The notes beneath the pieces are model-generated. The model did not search any database and was not told the origin of the DNA. It saw nothing but the letters and a program-made list of their open reading frames with translations. Below are positions 9,596 through 25,255 of a stretch of 64,000 nucleotides of DNA, piece by piece. The translations under genes were made by a program, and so were the position numbers. How positions within the stretch are numbered: position 1 is the first letter of the stretch; every line of letters starts with the position of its first letter. The stretch covers positions 45,615 through 109,614 of the forward strand of contig DALO01000016.1 of the NCBI GenBank assembly GCA_002496805.1, in the 5' to 3' direction. This DNA comes from Methanobacterium sp. UBA353 (GTDB lineage Archaea; Methanobacteriota; Methanobacteria; Methanobacteriales; Methanobacteriaceae).

Positions 9596-12046
9596 ATGGC
9601 GGATGATTCTAAAAAAAAGGCAAAAATCAAAATTTCCGGCATGCATTGTGCTTCATGCGCATTAAATGTTGAAAAATCTTTAAATGAATTGGAAGGGGTG
9701 GATGAAGCCAGAGTAAACTTTGGAACTGAAAAAGCTACGGTAGAATACGATTCAAATAAGGTTAAACTGCAAGAACTTGAAGATACTGTGGAAAATGCTG
9801 GATATAGAGTGATGAACGAAAACGTTATAATCAAAGTAGGTGGAATGACTTGTGCCATGTGTGTTCAGGCAATCGAAGATGTGCTAAAAAAAATTGATGG
9901 GATCAGTAAGGTAACAGTTAACCTTGCTGGTGAAAAGGCTTATGTGACATACAATCCCCAGATGACCAGTACAAATGAGATGAAAGAAGCTATTGAAAAC
10001 TTAGGATTTGAATATCTGGGTTTAGAGGGGGAAATTGCTGGAGATCAGGAGGAAAAACTGCGTGAAAATGATCTTAAAAGTAAAAGGAATCGTTTTATAG
10101 TAGCTTTTGCTGTTTCCATTCCCTTAATGATTTTAATGTATGCTAATGTGATGTTACCCTTTAAAATGACTTATTTCATGTTGGCAGTTACTATTATTCC
10201 CTTTATTTATGTTAGCTTCCCAATTTTCTCTGTTGCTTATCGTTCCCTCCAAATAGGTACTCTTAACATGGATGTTATGTATTCCATGGGTATTGGGGTT
10301 GCTTTTGCTGCCAGTGTGCTGGGAACTTTTAATATTGTGCTTACTCCCGAATTCATGTTTTATGAAACTGCACTGATGCTTGCAGGATTTTTAATGTTTG
10401 GACGATGGCTTGAAGCACGTGCCAAGGGACGCACCGGCACAGCTATTAAAAAATTATTGAATTTGCAATCAAAGACCGCCACAATTCTCCGTGATGAAAA
10501 CGGGAGTAGTGTTGAAACTCAAATACCAACAGAAGAAGTAGTTGTGGGAGATGTAGTACTGGTTAAACCTGGTGAACGAATCCCAGTAGACGGTAAGGTA
10601 GTTTCAGGTGAAAGTTATGTCGATGAGTCCATGATCACTGGCGAACCAATTCCTACCATGAAAAGTACGGGTTCTTCGGTTGTTGGGGGAACCATAAACC
10701 AGAACGGGGTTTTAAAGTTTCGTTCAGAAAAAATTGGCAAAGATACTGTACTAGCACAGATAATCAAATTAGTAGAATCTGCACAAGGGTCCAAACCACC
10801 CGTCCAAAGGATAGCCGACCAGGCAGTTTCGTATTTCATCCCTACCGTGCTCACCATTGCCATTGTAGCATTTGTAGTTTGGTACTTCATTCTTGGAAGT
10901 AGCATCCTTTTCGGACTCACAGTTTTAATATCCATATTGGTTGTAGCCTGTCCATGTGCCCTTGGCCTGGCAACGCCTACAGCAGTAACCGTCGGTATTG
11001 GACGCGGTGCTGAACTGGGGATATTGGTTAAAGATGGTGAAGCTCTGGAAATGTCTGAAAAATTAACAACCATCCTTTTTGACAAGACCGGCACCCTTAC
11101 CAAAGGTAAACCCGAAGTGACTGATATTGTTGGAATTAAAATTGATGATCGAACTTTATTACAGATTGCTGCCAGTGTGGAAAAAAATTCACAACATCCC
11201 CTGGGACAGGCCATAGTCACCAAGGCCCGTGATAATGACATCAAATTATTTGATTCCGATACTTTTGATACTTTCCCTGGAAAAGGCATATCTGCAGATT
11301 TAAATGATAAAAAGATTCTTATTGGAAACAGAACCCTACTAGAAGATAATAATATCATCATATCCGGTTCTAATGAAGATATAATTTCTGAAATTGAAGA
11401 AAATGGAAAAACTGTCGTTTTAGTGGCTTCAGGAGATGGTTTATCTGGTATTCTGGGTATTTCTGATACTTTAAAGGCTGACGCCTCGAAAGCTATTCAA
11501 GAACTTAAAAAGATGGGATTGGATGTCGCTATGATTACAGGTGATAATAAAAAGACTGCTGAGGCGATCAGCCATGACATCGGGATAGAAAAGGTTTTGG
11601 CTGAAGTATTACCTGGAGATAAGTCTGCTGAAGTTAGGCGGCTTCAAAAAAATGGTGAAGTTGTAGCTTTTGTAGGTGATGGGATTAATGATGCCCCTGC
11701 ACTGGCCCAAGCCAATGTGGGAATTGCCATTGGTAGTGGAACTGATGTGGCAATTGAAAGTGGGGAAATTGTGCTTATTAAGGATAATTTATTGGATGCT
11801 GTTGCTGGACTTCAATTATCAAAGAAAGTTATGGGACGTATAAAGCTAAATCTCTTCTGGGCATTTGCTTACAACATGATTCTTATACCAGTAGCTGCAG
11901 GATTACTTTATCCTCCATTCGGAATAACATTCCGTCCGGAATATGCTGGACTAGCCATGGCACTATCTTCTGTGACCATCGTAACTTTATCACTCCTTTT
12001 AAAGGGATATGTACCTCCTGCAAATAAAATGATAAAAAAAATGTGA
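9596..12046 (+). CDS. copA: Cu(I)-translocating P1B-type ATPase
   Basis: Two HMA domains (GMHCASC, GMTCAMC), TGE, CPC, DKTGT, HP, GDGIND, YN and MALSS motifs. Confidence 0.96.
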   Translation: MADDSKKKAKIKISGMHCASCALNVEKSLNELEGVDEARVNFGTEKATVEYDSNKVKLQELEDTVENAGYRVMNENVIIKVGGMTCAMCVQAIEDVLKKIDGISKVTVNLAGEKAYVTYNPQMTSTNEMKEAIENLGFEYLGLEGEIAGDQEEKLRENDLKSKRNRFIVAFAVSIPLMILMYANVMLPFKMTYFMLAVTIIPFIYVSFPIFSVAYRSLQIGTLNMDVMYSMGIGVAFAASVLGTFNIVLTPEFMFYETALMLAGFLMFGRWLEARAKGRTGTAIKKLLNLQSKTATILRDENGSSVETQIPTEEVVVGDVVLVKPGERIPVDGKVVSGESYVDESMITGEPIPTMKSTGSSVVGGTINQNGVLKFRSEKIGKDTVLAQIIKLVESAQGSKPPVQRIADQAVSYFIPTVLTIAIVAFVVWYFILGSSILFGLTVLISILVVACPCALGLATPTAVTVGIGRGAELGILVKDGEALEMSEKLTTILFDKTGTLTKGKPEVTDIVGIKIDDRTLLQIAASVEKNSQHPLGQAIVTKARDNDIKLFDSDTFDTFPGKGISADLNDKKILIGNRTLLEDNNIIISGSNEDIISEIEENGKTVVLVASGDGLSGILGISDTLKADASKAIQELKKMGLDVAMITGDNKKTAEAISHDIGIEKVLAEVLPGDKSAEVRRLQKNGEVVAFVGDGINDAPALAQANVGIAIGSGTDVAIESGEIVLIKDNLLDAVAGLQLSKKVMGRIKLNLFWAFAYNMILIPVAAGLLYPPFGITFRPEYAGLAMALSSVTIVTLSLLLKGYVPPANKMIKKM

Positions 12047-12065
12047 TAATTCAGAGGTGGAATTT

Positions 12066-12212
<147 letters not shown>

Positions 12213-12484
12213 TAAGAGTAATTAAAGGGATTAATTAAGTCAGTGGAGGAATTTGTTAATTAAATTGTCAAAAAAGGCGCATTGTAGGAAATGAAGGATA
12301 AACAGTAATATCGCAGAAAAAACAAAAAAAATATTAAAAACAATGATGTTCTGAGAGATTTTCAATTTAGATATATAAAAATGAGGGGGCACCCCCCGTA
12401 TGAGGGGCAAATTACCATATGAATACTATCTGTATTGTTGGTTTGGTAAGAGCGTGTGAAAAGTAAAAAATCGTTGACGATCGT

Positions 12485-13738
12485 CTAATATACTTCTTTC
12501 TTCATAACTTCTCTTAAAACACTTGTTGCATAAGCCCCCTTGGGGATCGAAAACCCTACAATAACCCCGTTTTCAGATGTTTCAGCAGAAACATCCCATA
12601 TTTTGAATCGGATTGGGCGTCTGATCCCATGACTTCCTAATTTTGGCATTTTCAGCAATTTGAAATCTTCTAGTTTGAGATTTTCTTCATTCAGTATCTT
12701 TTGTTCCATTTCTCCCAGTTTCCCTCCAGCAAGAGGTACTTTACTGCCGAATAGTGGAGCTGATGGATGGGCTTGGAATTCTTTAATCCTATTATCTATT
12801 TTTTCAGGGTCAAAATCATGGATAAGATGTTCTTCATTGTCAATTAGAATGTCCCCTTCAATGAATTGATCTATTCCCAGTTTCGTGCGTTCACTGACTG
12901 CCCGGTTAAACAAGTATGATTGGTATGCATGGACAAACATCCTGCTTAATGGTTTGGGTAGACTTTTAAGTGCCAAAATATATGATTTTTCATCCAATTC
13001 TTCTTTCTTTTTCTTTTCTTTGATAAGCATACGCAACATCATCTTTTCATACCGCATCCCACTGGGCATGGCCTCCAATGCCTCTTCCAACTCCCCTTCC
13101 CCATATAACATTCGAGCTTCCTGAATATGCGTTGGTTCAGTATCGTAAGGGTATCCTATGTAACGATCAACAGCTGCTTTCACTCCACCCTTGATTAGGG
13201 CTTTACCCACCAAGTGAGTGTTGGGGCGATTCTTTCCAAAACGCTGATATCCGTAATAGTTAGGCACTCCCCTATTTTTTAACTGTTCCAGAATTTCTTC
13301 TGCTCTGTTTATTGCTAAATCCGGATCTTCAACATTCCCAATCATTAAACGGAACTTGTTTCCAACCAGTTGGCCTATGCGTAATTTTTTCTCGTTGGGA
13401 ACTACTTTCATTATCTTTACATGATGAAGTTTATCTCCCAGCCCCTGTAATTCTTCCGGAGTTTTGTTACTTACGCATATCCATTGACGAGTCACAGCTG
13501 ATTTATCTTTCATTCCAGCAAAACCCATCTGCTTTCTATTTATTCCAAGCTCTCGAGCAATGTCTAAAACTACATCTAAGGTATTTCGACCTTCTTTTTC
13601 AATCCAAAGCCATGTGTTTGGCCCTTTCCCACTAGGGTTGGTTATTGGAATTTCTTCCACATAAAAATCTTCATTTTTAGTTCTGATCTGCCCCCCAATT
13701 CCTTTTTGGGAGGTTAAATATGTTTCTGCGTTTAACAT
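12485..13738 (-). CDS. truD: tRNA pseudouridine(13) synthase
   Basis: EDFx[28 protein letters not shown] and [10 protein letters not shown] motifs. Confidence 0.96.
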   Translation of the reverse strand: MLNAETYLTSQKGIGGQIRTKNEDFYVEEIPITNPSGKGPNTWLWIEKEGRNTLDVVLDIARELGINRKQMGFAGMKDKSAVTRQWICVSNKTPEELQGLGDKLHHVKIMKVVPNEKKLRIGQLVGNKFRLMIGNVEDPDLAINRAEEILEQLKNRGVPNYYGYQRFGKNRPNTHLVGKALIKGGVKAAVDRYIGYPYDTEPTHIQEARMLYGEGELEEALEAMPSGMRYEKMMLRMLIKEKKKKEELDEKSYILALKSLPKPLSRMFVHAYQSYLFNRAVSERTKLGIDQFIEGDILIDNEEHLIHDFDPEKIDNRIKEFQAHPSAPLFGSKVPLAGGKLGEMEQKILNEENLKLEDFKLLKMPKLGSHGIRRPIRFKIWDVSAETSENGVIVGFSIPKGAYATSVLREVMKKEVY

Positions 13739-13866
13739 GCTGATTTACCACATCGATATTCGTTTCCTTCAAAACAATTCAAATCATATTCCTACTTGCG
13801 CTGTTGATTTTTTATAGAACTGTCATGATATAATAACCACATGCATAGAAATACGGAGATTAAGTT

Positions 13867-14631
13867 ATGACAACTGTGAAGATAATGCCATGTCTAGACA
13901 TGAAAGATGGTCGTGTAGTTAAAGGGATTCATTTTGCGGATTTAAAAGATGCCGGTGACCCAGTTGAAAGCGCAGAATTATATCAAAATGAAGGTGCAGA
14001 TGAATTGGCCATCTTGGACATTGCAGCCACTCTCCAAAACCGAAAAACTCGTTTAGAATGGGTTAAAAACGTGTCTTCGGTTATTGATATTCCCCTGACA
14101 GTTGGAGGGGGAATTTCAAATCTAGAGGATATTAAACTGATTTTAGATGCTGGGGCTGATAATATTTCCATAAGCAGTGCTGCTGTGAAAAATCCGGACC
14201 TTATCCAGGAAGCAGCAGACGAATATGGGAAAGACACACTTACCGTGGCCATTGATGGGTGTCGTAACACTGCCATGCCTTCAGGATTTGAAGTGGTGAT
14301 AGCCGGAGGCACTAAAAAAACAGGTATTGACGCTGCTGAATGGGCTAAAAAATGTCAAAAGCTTGGTGCAGGAGTCATATTACCCACCAGCATGGATGGA
14401 GATGGAACACAAGAAGGATATGATCTAGAATACACCCGATCAATTTCAAACGCTGTGAACATTCCAGTTATAGCATCTGGTGGTGCTGGAAAACTTTCTG
14501 ATTTTAAAAAAGCTGTTATAGAGGGTGGTGCATCTATACTGTTAGCTGCATCAGTTTTCCATTATCGCTTGTTAAGTGTTAAAAAAGTTAAAGAGTATTT
14601 GCAGGAAAATGGAATTAACGTGTATTTTTAA
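13867..14631 (+). CDS. hisF: Imidazole glycerol phosphate synthase cyclase subunit
   Basis: IMPCLDMKDGRVVKG, GDPVE, TVGGGI, TSMDGDGT, IASGGAG, LAASVFH. Confidence 0.92.
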   Translation: MTTVKIMPCLDMKDGRVVKGIHFADLKDAGDPVESAELYQNEGADELAILDIAATLQNRKTRLEWVKNVSSVIDIPLTVGGGISNLEDIKLILDAGADNISISSAAVKNPDLIQEAADEYGKDTLTVAIDGCRNTAMPSGFEVVIAGGTKKTGIDAAEWAKKCQKLGAGVILPTSMDGDGTQEGYDLEYTRSISNAVNIPVIASGGAGKLSDFKKAVIEGGASILLAASVFHYRLLSVKKVKEYLQENGINVYF

Positions 14632-14787
14632 GACAATTTAGTGATCTATTTTTTAAAAATCTATATTTACAGCATATTAACAGATGTATTGAGGAAAATT
14701 TTTACAAAAAAAATTCATCTTGTCCCATAGAAGACTACGATAACTTATATAATGGTATTGATAAAAATTCGTCTTTGAGGCGATTGG

Positions 14788-15570
14788 TTGAAAAGAAAAT
14801 TAAAGTACTTAGAAAATTTAGTAAAAAAACTCAAAAATGATATAAAGAGTCACAAACACCATAAATCTATTTTAGGAATGTTTACAGTATTTTGCCTATT
14901 TTTTATAGTTATAATACCTCTATATAATATTTACTCCGTAGAAACCTCCCACTTACAACCAACCACCAGAGACGTGTTAGGGAATGAGTCATATGGTTTT
15001 GTGGTAAAGGAAGGGCCTTATGGGAACTCCACTTCACCAGTTAAAATCGCGTATATTATCGGACAACATCCTCGTGAACACTTTGCCCACAAAGCTGTTG
15101 CGGAGAATGTTAAAGAACAATCCCCTCATTTTAAATACTGTTACTACCTCTATTATATTAATGTAACCAGTTACAGTGATGATTTTGACATCGGCCGAAT
15201 GAATGGACAAATACTATCAAATAATTATGTGGTTCCCGATATTACTAAGGAAAATTTCGATTTTGCTGTGGATGTCCATGGAACTGATGGAGAGTACTCC
15301 ACAAGAGTTTTCCTGTTTACCCCTATAGAAAAAGGTACTTCTTTAGACGTAGCATTGGAATTAACCAACATTGTTGATGGTGTTCCCTATTATCAAGCAC
15401 CTACCTCCAGCAGTCCTGAATTTACTACCATTCCTCTGATCAATAATGGAATACCTACCATTGTGTATGAGTCTTTTACTGCTCAGCCCTATAACAATAT
15501 CAAAAAACAGGACAAGAAATTTATTTTAGGCGTTGATAAGCTAAATTTTAAGCCTAACCCCTGTTATTAA
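14788..15570 (+). CDS. Membrane-anchored hypothetical protein with M14-type Zn-carboxypeptidase motifs
   Basis: N-terminal TM helix; GQHPRE (HxxE), GRMNG, VDVH and IVYE in M14 order; paralogue at 32102-32842. Confidence 0.65.
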   Translation: MKRKLKYLENLVKKLKNDIKSHKHHKSILGMFTVFCLFFIVIIPLYNIYSVETSHLQPTTRDVLGNESYGFVVKEGPYGNSTSPVKIAYIIGQHPREHFAHKAVAENVKEQSPHFKYCYYLYYINVTSYSDDFDIGRMNGQILSNNYVVPDITKENFDFAVDVHGTDGEYSTRVFLFTPIEKGTSLDVALELTNIVDGVPYYQAPTSSSPEFTTIPLINNGIPTIVYESFTAQPYNNIKKQDKKFILGVDKLNFKPNPCY

Positions 15571-15651
15571 TCCTATAAATTAATTACAATCTAAGTATTT
15601 GATTTCATGACCCATCTAAATATCTGCTTTCATTGTTAATTGGTTTAAGGC

Positions 15652-15716
15652 TGACTGTTGATTGCCAGTCACAATCTATAAATATTAAACAAAGACAATG
15701 TGTAATTAACACACAT
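15652..15716 (+). promoter_or_regulatory. Promoter with two palindromic operator candidates
   Basis: TGACTG-N8-CAGTCA (15652-15671), TATAAATA (15677-15684) and ATGTGT-N7-ACACAT (15698-15716), upstream of an HTH protein. Confidence 0.5.
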
Positions 15717-15725
15717 GGTGGGAGA

Positions 15726-16190
15726 ATGCCTAAACATATAGCATCTGGATTAAAGTACTTGGCAGCAGTGAAGCTCAGAGAACAAGGTTATTTTCAGAAA
15801 GATATTGCAAACAAACTCGGGATGGATCGTTCCACAGTTTCTCACTATTTAAACGGTAGAAATCTTTCATGGAGCTCTATTGAAGTTGCAGAATCCATTA
15901 CCAGTTGTTGTAATCATGATTTTTTGTATTTAACTTACTCTTTAACGAAAGATATTGATAACACTAAGACTATCGTTGGGATACTAGTCGAACAGGAATT
16001 TCAGGCAGTTGTGGGAGACACTTGCATTGGTTGTGGTCTTTGCGTTGATGTTTGCCTTATGGATAACATTTCTATTGTTGATTTAAAATGTCAAATAGAT
16101 ATTGAAGGATGTTGTGGGTGTTTAGATTGTCAGACCAACTGTCCTACAAATTCTATACAGATTTTGGAAATTCAAAGTCCTAATAAATGA
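15726..16190 (+). CDS. HTH transcriptional regulator fused to a 2x[4Fe-4S] ferredoxin domain
   Basis: QKDIANKLGMDRSTVSHYL helix-turn-helix; CIGCGLCVDVC and CCGCLDCQTNCP. Start moved to ATG 15726 after GGTGGGAG. Confidence 0.88.
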   Translation: MPKHIASGLKYLAAVKLREQGYFQKDIANKLGMDRSTVSHYLNGRNLSWSSIEVAESITSCCNHDFLYLTYSLTKDIDNTKTIVGILVEQEFQAVVGDTCIGCGLCVDVCLMDNISIVDLKCQIDIEGCCGCLDCQTNCPTNSIQILEIQSPNK

Positions 16191-16340
16191 TTTAATTTTT
16201 TAAAAGTTAAGTTTAATCTCCAAATTTAGTTGAAAAAATTTTGGCTTACTAGGATTTTATACTTAAAAAAAAAACTTTAAATAAATTTATTATCACATGG
16301 ATAATTTCATCTAATTTTTTAAAAAAAAAATTATATTAAT

Positions 16341-17030
16341 TTAAATTCCAATAATTTTCATTACTTGTTTAACATCTTTCAGATTTTTAAGGACAAAATC
16401 CGCCCCTGTTTTTTTTAATTCACTTGTAGAATACATTCCAGTTGCAACAGCAATAGTAAAAAGATTAAAAGGTTTAGCTGCTTCCACATCTCTAGGAGTA
16501 TCTCCGATTATGAATATTTGATTACCTTTATAGCCATGTAATCTTCGAGCACGTTTCAAGGCTTTTTCAACCAGACAAGGTCTTTTGGGGCTGTCACTAC
16601 CAAACCCACCAAAAGAAAAAAACCCATCTAGCCCAACTTGGCCCAGTTTAGCATAAGCAATTGGCTCTAAATTTCCTGTTGTGAGGCCTAAAAGAATATT
16701 TTCTTTTTTTAGTTGTTTTAAAAGGTTATTTACCCCGTACAATGCTCTTACGTTCTCTCGGTGCACATTTGCCAAGTAATCCTGAACCATGTAATCGAGG
16801 CAATCCTGGAAGTTATCTTCAATAACCTTTTCAGGTATTCCCCCTATTTCAAGGACTTCTCGCAATATTTGAGGGTCAGTCTTACCTGCATAGTTTATAC
16901 CACTGATATCCTCTTCCATCCCATAGAATTTGCTTACTGCATGTACAAATGCCATGTAATGGCAACGGGCTCCCTGGACAAGAGTCCCATCAATGTCAAA
17001 AAGGGTTAAAATTTCATTATCAACCATCAA
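16341..17030 (-). CDS. HAD-superfamily hydrolase (phosphoglycolate phosphatase-like)
   Basis: LFDIDGTL, LTTGN, IGDTPRD. Confidence 0.9.
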   Translation of the reverse strand: MMVDNEILTLFDIDGTLVQGARCHYMAFVHAVSKFYGMEEDISGINYAGKTDPQILREVLEIGGIPEKVIEDNFQDCLDYMVQDYLANVHRENVRALYGVNNLLKQLKKENILLGLTTGNLEPIAYAKLGQVGLDGFFSFGGFGSDSPKRPCLVEKALKRARRLHGYKGNQIFIIGDTPRDVEAAKPFNLFTIAVATGMYSTSELKKTGADFVLKNLKDVKQVMKIIGI

Positions 17031-17113
17031 AATCTCCTTGTTTAATTTTATCTAGAATATGAGGATTAATTTCAGCCAGTTCTTTCAAACTTCATACTAA
17101 CATACGAATGAAA

Positions 17114-18403
<1,290 letters not shown>

Positions 18404-18606
18404 TGGACCACCTATCTATATAAGATTGAGGAAAATAACATAAATATGTAGAGGATTATCTGCAAAAACACTCCTTGTAATAGGTTAATATCATATGCCC
18501 TATTACAGTCGTTTTTCCATGATTAATATTTACAACACATATAGTTTTATTTATGTTCACTTATTAAATTTTTTAACTGAAATTTAGAGTCTAGGAGGAT
18601 CTTTTG

Positions 18607-19467
18607 ATGGAGATAAAAATAGCCCTTCCATCCAAAGGAAGGATAAGTGACCCTGCTGTAAAGCTTTTATCAAGAGCAGGGATTGGATTGAAGGACACCG
18701 TTAATAGGAAGCTTTTTTCAGATACTTACGATGATCAAATCAGTGTTATGTTCACCCGTGCTGCAGATATCCCGGAATTTGTGGCTGATGGTGCTGCAGA
18801 CTTGGGAATGACCGGTATGGATTTGATTAAAGAGAAAGAAGCCCAAGTTAAGATCATGGAAGATTTGAATTTCGGAAAATCAAAATTAGTCCTAGCTGCT
18901 CCTGAAGAATCAGATATTAAAAAACTCAAAGATATTAAAAAAGATTCTATTGTGGCCACCGAATTCCCCAATCTCACCCGAAAATATCTTGAAAATAAGA
19001 AAATACCCGTTAAAATAGTTCAACTCAGTGGTTCAACCGAAATCGCTCCTTTTATTGGAGTTTCAGACATTATCGCCGATCTAACTAGCACTGGCACCAC
19101 ACTTAAGATGAATCATCTGCAGATGATAGATACGATTTTGGAAAGTTCTGTACAACTTATAGCGAATCCTGTAAGTTATGTGGAGAAAAAAGAGAAAATA
19201 GAGGAAATTAAAACCGGAATAAAAGGCGTTCTTGATGCTGACGGGAAAAAATTGGTGATGATGAATGTGGATGAAGAAGTCCTGGACGATGTTAAACTTG
19301 CCATGCCCGGGATGACTGGACCTACAGTATCCCAAGTTCTCTCTGATAAAGGAGTAGTAGCAGTTCACGCCGTGGTTGATGAACATAAAGTATTCCAAGT
19401 AGTTAATCATTTAAAAAAAATTGGTGCCAGAGATATTCTAGTGGTTCCCATTGAAAGAATCATTTAA
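18607..19467 (+). CDS. hisG: ATP phosphoribosyltransferase (long form)
   Basis: IALPSKGR, RAADIP, GSTEIAP, DLTSTGTTLKMN and the C-terminal regulatory domain. Confidence 0.97.
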   Translation: MEIKIALPSKGRISDPAVKLLSRAGIGLKDTVNRKLFSDTYDDQISVMFTRAADIPEFVADGAADLGMTGMDLIKEKEAQVKIMEDLNFGKSKLVLAAPEESDIKKLKDIKKDSIVATEFPNLTRKYLENKKIPVKIVQLSGSTEIAPFIGVSDIIADLTSTGTTLKMNHLQMIDTILESSVQLIANPVSYVEKKEKIEEIKTGIKGVLDADGKKLVMMNVDEEVLDDVKLAMPGMTGPTVSQVLSDKGVVAVHAVVDEHKVFQVVNHLKKIGARDILVVPIERII

Positions 19468-19512
19468 ACAAACCGTGCATATTTCAAACCCCAACCGATG
19501 AGGACGGATTAA

Positions 19513-20289
19513 ATGAAGCTTCTAAGATTTAAAAAAAATGGTAAAAATAAAAACGGAGTAATTATCAATGGAGGAGTGGTTGAAATAAAACATTCCATAT
19601 TAGAAGCGTCACAATCACCCCTTGATGATTTTAAAAGAAGGAATTTCTACTCATTAGATGAAATAAAGATTCTTCCACCAGCTCAACCTAGCAAAGTAGT
19701 ATGTGTAGGTTTGAATTATCGTGACCATGCTGAAGAACTGAACATGGATATACCAGAAGAGCCAGTGCTGTTTTTAAAGCCCCCTACCACCATAATTGGT
19801 CATGAGGACCGTATTGTATATCCTCCTTGTTCCCATCACGTGGACTATGAAGCAGAACTGGCAGTTGTGATGGGACGCGAAGCCCGTTTTGTTAATTATG
19901 AGGATATATTAGAATATGTTGCAGGATATACTGCTCTTAACGATGTTACTGCCCGAGATTTGCAGCAAAAAGATGGACAGTGGACTCGTGCGAAGAGTTT
20001 TGATACTTTTTGCCCTCTGGGGCCTTGGATAGAAACTGATATGGATCCATCAAGTCAAAAAATATCGATGAAAGTTAACAATTCAATCAAACAAAATTCC
20101 AACACTAAAAACATGATTTTCCCGGTTGAAGAATTGATAAGCTTTATATCCCATATTATGACCCTTAAAGCAGGTGATGTGATTGCAACTGGCACCCCTC
20201 CTGGTGTGGGACCCATACAAGTTGGTGATGTGGCTGAAGTAAATATTGAGGAAATTGGAATTCTTAAAAATAAAATAATCAGTATTTAA
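19513..20289 (+). CDS. Fumarylacetoacetate hydrolase family protein
   Basis: VGLNYRDH, DYEAEL, NDVTARD, AKSFDTF, GDVIATGTP. Confidence 0.93.
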   Translation: MKLLRFKKNGKNKNGVIINGGVVEIKHSILEASQSPLDDFKRRNFYSLDEIKILPPAQPSKVVCVGLNYRDHAEELNMDIPEEPVLFLKPPTTIIGHEDRIVYPPCSHHVDYEAELAVVMGREARFVNYEDILEYVAGYTALNDVTARDLQQKDGQWTRAKSFDTFCPLGPWIETDMDPSSQKISMKVNNSIKQNSNTKNMIFPVEELISFISHIMTLKAGDVIATGTPPGVGPIQVGDVAEVNIEEIGILKNKIISI

Positions 20290-21112
20290 CATGATTTATA
20301 AATAATCTTAAATTAATAAAATTACGCATACCAAGCTCACATTCAAAATCAGAACTCTTTTCATAATAATATCCCTAAAAACCATCTAATAACATCTTGT
20401 TCACACTTTTTTATTAATTCACCCCCACCCCCTCAATTAGTAAGCCAATTAAGTCATAGCATCTATATTTTACACAAATTAAACCCTATTTTTGAGGATT
20501 GATCTTGCGATAAAATCTGAACGTTACCATTAAACCTTCTTTTTTAGGATTATCTGCCTTAAAAGCCTGCCATAACTAAATATAAGCAAGTATATATAAA
20601 ACATGAAAAGTTAATGGCGTATTTTCCGAGTTATAATGATAATATCCCCCTTCCCCCATTAATCAACTCGAGAGTGTTTTTAAACTCAATCCAGATAAAT
20701 TTTGTTTTGTACAGAGTTCAATTTCATTAAATAATTCTTTTTTTCATCAGCAAATAAAGCGGAGTAAATTTCTAAATCAATACTTTTTTGGTAACTCATT
20801 CTCAGATGGAGTTAGTGAAGATGTTTTTTTAAGTGTATTGGAACTTTATGGAAACTTCTAGAATCAAAAAAGAGTATGAGAAGGAAATCCAAATTCATTT
20901 ACAGTCCAATATTATCTTCAATATCTGGACGCACTTCCAAGCCCATAACCTTACATTTACTTTTTAGATAATTTAAACTATGTTTGATACCTTTTTGACC
21001 TCCTACCTAACCACAAAGTGATATCATTCATAAGTTCTGTTTTCATTTTATCCTTTTTGAAAAAAAATAAAAATATAAAGCCATTCATTTGAATGGATAA
21101 TTTCAAGAATAG

Positions 21113-23968
<2,856 letters not shown>

Positions 23969-24077
23969 ATAATCACCGTTATACTTCAGTTTGATATGGT
24001 AAAATTAAACTATCATTTAATTAAGGTTAACAAATTGTTTACTTGAATGTTATATTTATTTATAAAATGATCTTTTG

Positions 24078-24389
24078 TCATTTTAGTGCATTCTCAAGCC
24101 AATCCAAATATTCTTTTGATCCGCTTTTTATCTGGATTTCCAGTGCACATGGTGTTTGGTAGCTGTGAATTTCTTTAACCCTTTCTATAACTTTATTCAC
24201 TAATTTGGAGCTAGTCTTGACCAAGAGGATCGACTCAACATCTTCCTCCAGTTCTCCTTCCCACCAATAGATAGATTCCATCACTGGAATTATATTAGCA
24301 CATGCAATTATTTTTTCTTTTAAAAGGTTTTTTGCAATTTGTTGAGCCTCTTCTGAATCAGAAGTGGTTATATATACGATAGAATACAT
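24078..24389 (-). CDS. cutA: Divalent-cation tolerance protein CutA
   Basis: IACANI, SIYWWEG, HSYQTP, EYLDWL. Confidence 0.95.
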   Translation of the reverse strand: MYSIVYITTSDSEEAQQIAKNLLKEKIIACANIIPVMESIYWWEGELEEDVESILLVKTSSKLVNKVIERVKEIHSYQTPCALEIQIKSGSKEYLDWLENALK

Positions 24390-24445
24390 TTATACCACTG
24401 TCCTATTATATGAACTTTACAGTTGTTTAACTATAATTTAAGGCT

Positions 24446-25255
24446 TTATCTTACTATTAAGGGCATTGGTGGCACTTTTAATTTGTGTTCAGCTGACATC
24501 ATCATCAGTTTGACTTTTACTACCTCATCAAGATTTATTTGAAGTTTTTTAATTATTTCTTCTTTTTTCATTCCTTTTTCAGTTATTAAATACAGAATTT
24601 CATCTAAAAGAGAGTATTTTATCCCCATTTCATCTTCATCTGTCTGACCAGGCCATAATCCAGCAGTTGGGTCTTTGTTAATAATTTTTTCAGGAATCTT
24701 TAGATGTTTTGCCAACATGCGAACATCAGTTTTATACAACGCACCAATGGGAAGTATATCAACCCCACCATCACCATATTTAGTGAAATATCCTACTAAA
24801 AGTTCTGATCTGTTATCAGTACCAACCACCAGTCGATTCATGGCATTAGCATGGAAATATAAAATTAACATCCTCATTCGTGCCTCAAGATTAGCAGAAG
24901 CCATTTGATACTTTTCATCATCTGGAAAACTGGTGCAAACACCTAAAACTAATTGAATAAGAGGATCTATGTATATGGTTTTGTATTTTATACCCAAAGA
25001 ATCTGCTAAAGACACAGCATCATTGATGTCTTCTTTATTTGTGCTCTGGCCGGGCATTATCAGGCCTAAAATTTTGTGAGTGTTTACCACTTCGGTGCAG
25101 AGTTTGGCAGTGACTGATGAATCCAAACCTCCACTAAGACCCACTACCAATCCTTGAGCATTTGATTCTATCAAAGAATTTTCAATAAAGCTAGATATCT
25201 CCCTAGAAACTTTGACAATGTCTAATAATGGTAACATACCCTTATTGTAATCCAT
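24446..25255 (-). CDS. nadE: NH3-dependent NAD+ synthetase
   Basis: [34 protein letters not shown]. Confidence 0.96.
   Translation of the reverse strand: MDYNKGMLPLLDIVKVSREISSFIENSLIESNAQGLVVGLSGGLDSSVTAKLCTEVVNTHKILGLIMPGQSTNKEDINDAVSLADSLGIKYKTIYIDPLIQLVLGVCTSFPDDEKYQMASANLEARMRMLILYFHANAMNRLVVGTDNRSELLVGYFTKYGDGGVDILPIGALYKTDVRMLAKHLKIPEKIINKDPTAGLWPGQTDEDEMGIKYSLLDEILYLITEKGMKKEEIIKKLQINLDEVVKVKLMMMSAEHKLKVPPMPLIVR

Noticed and set aside
15633..15725. N-terminal extension of the HTH-ferredoxin ORF (similar extensions at 48858-48995 and 53169-53315)
   Set aside because: These stretches cover TATA boxes or neighbouring genes; downstream ATG starts fit the protein families better.
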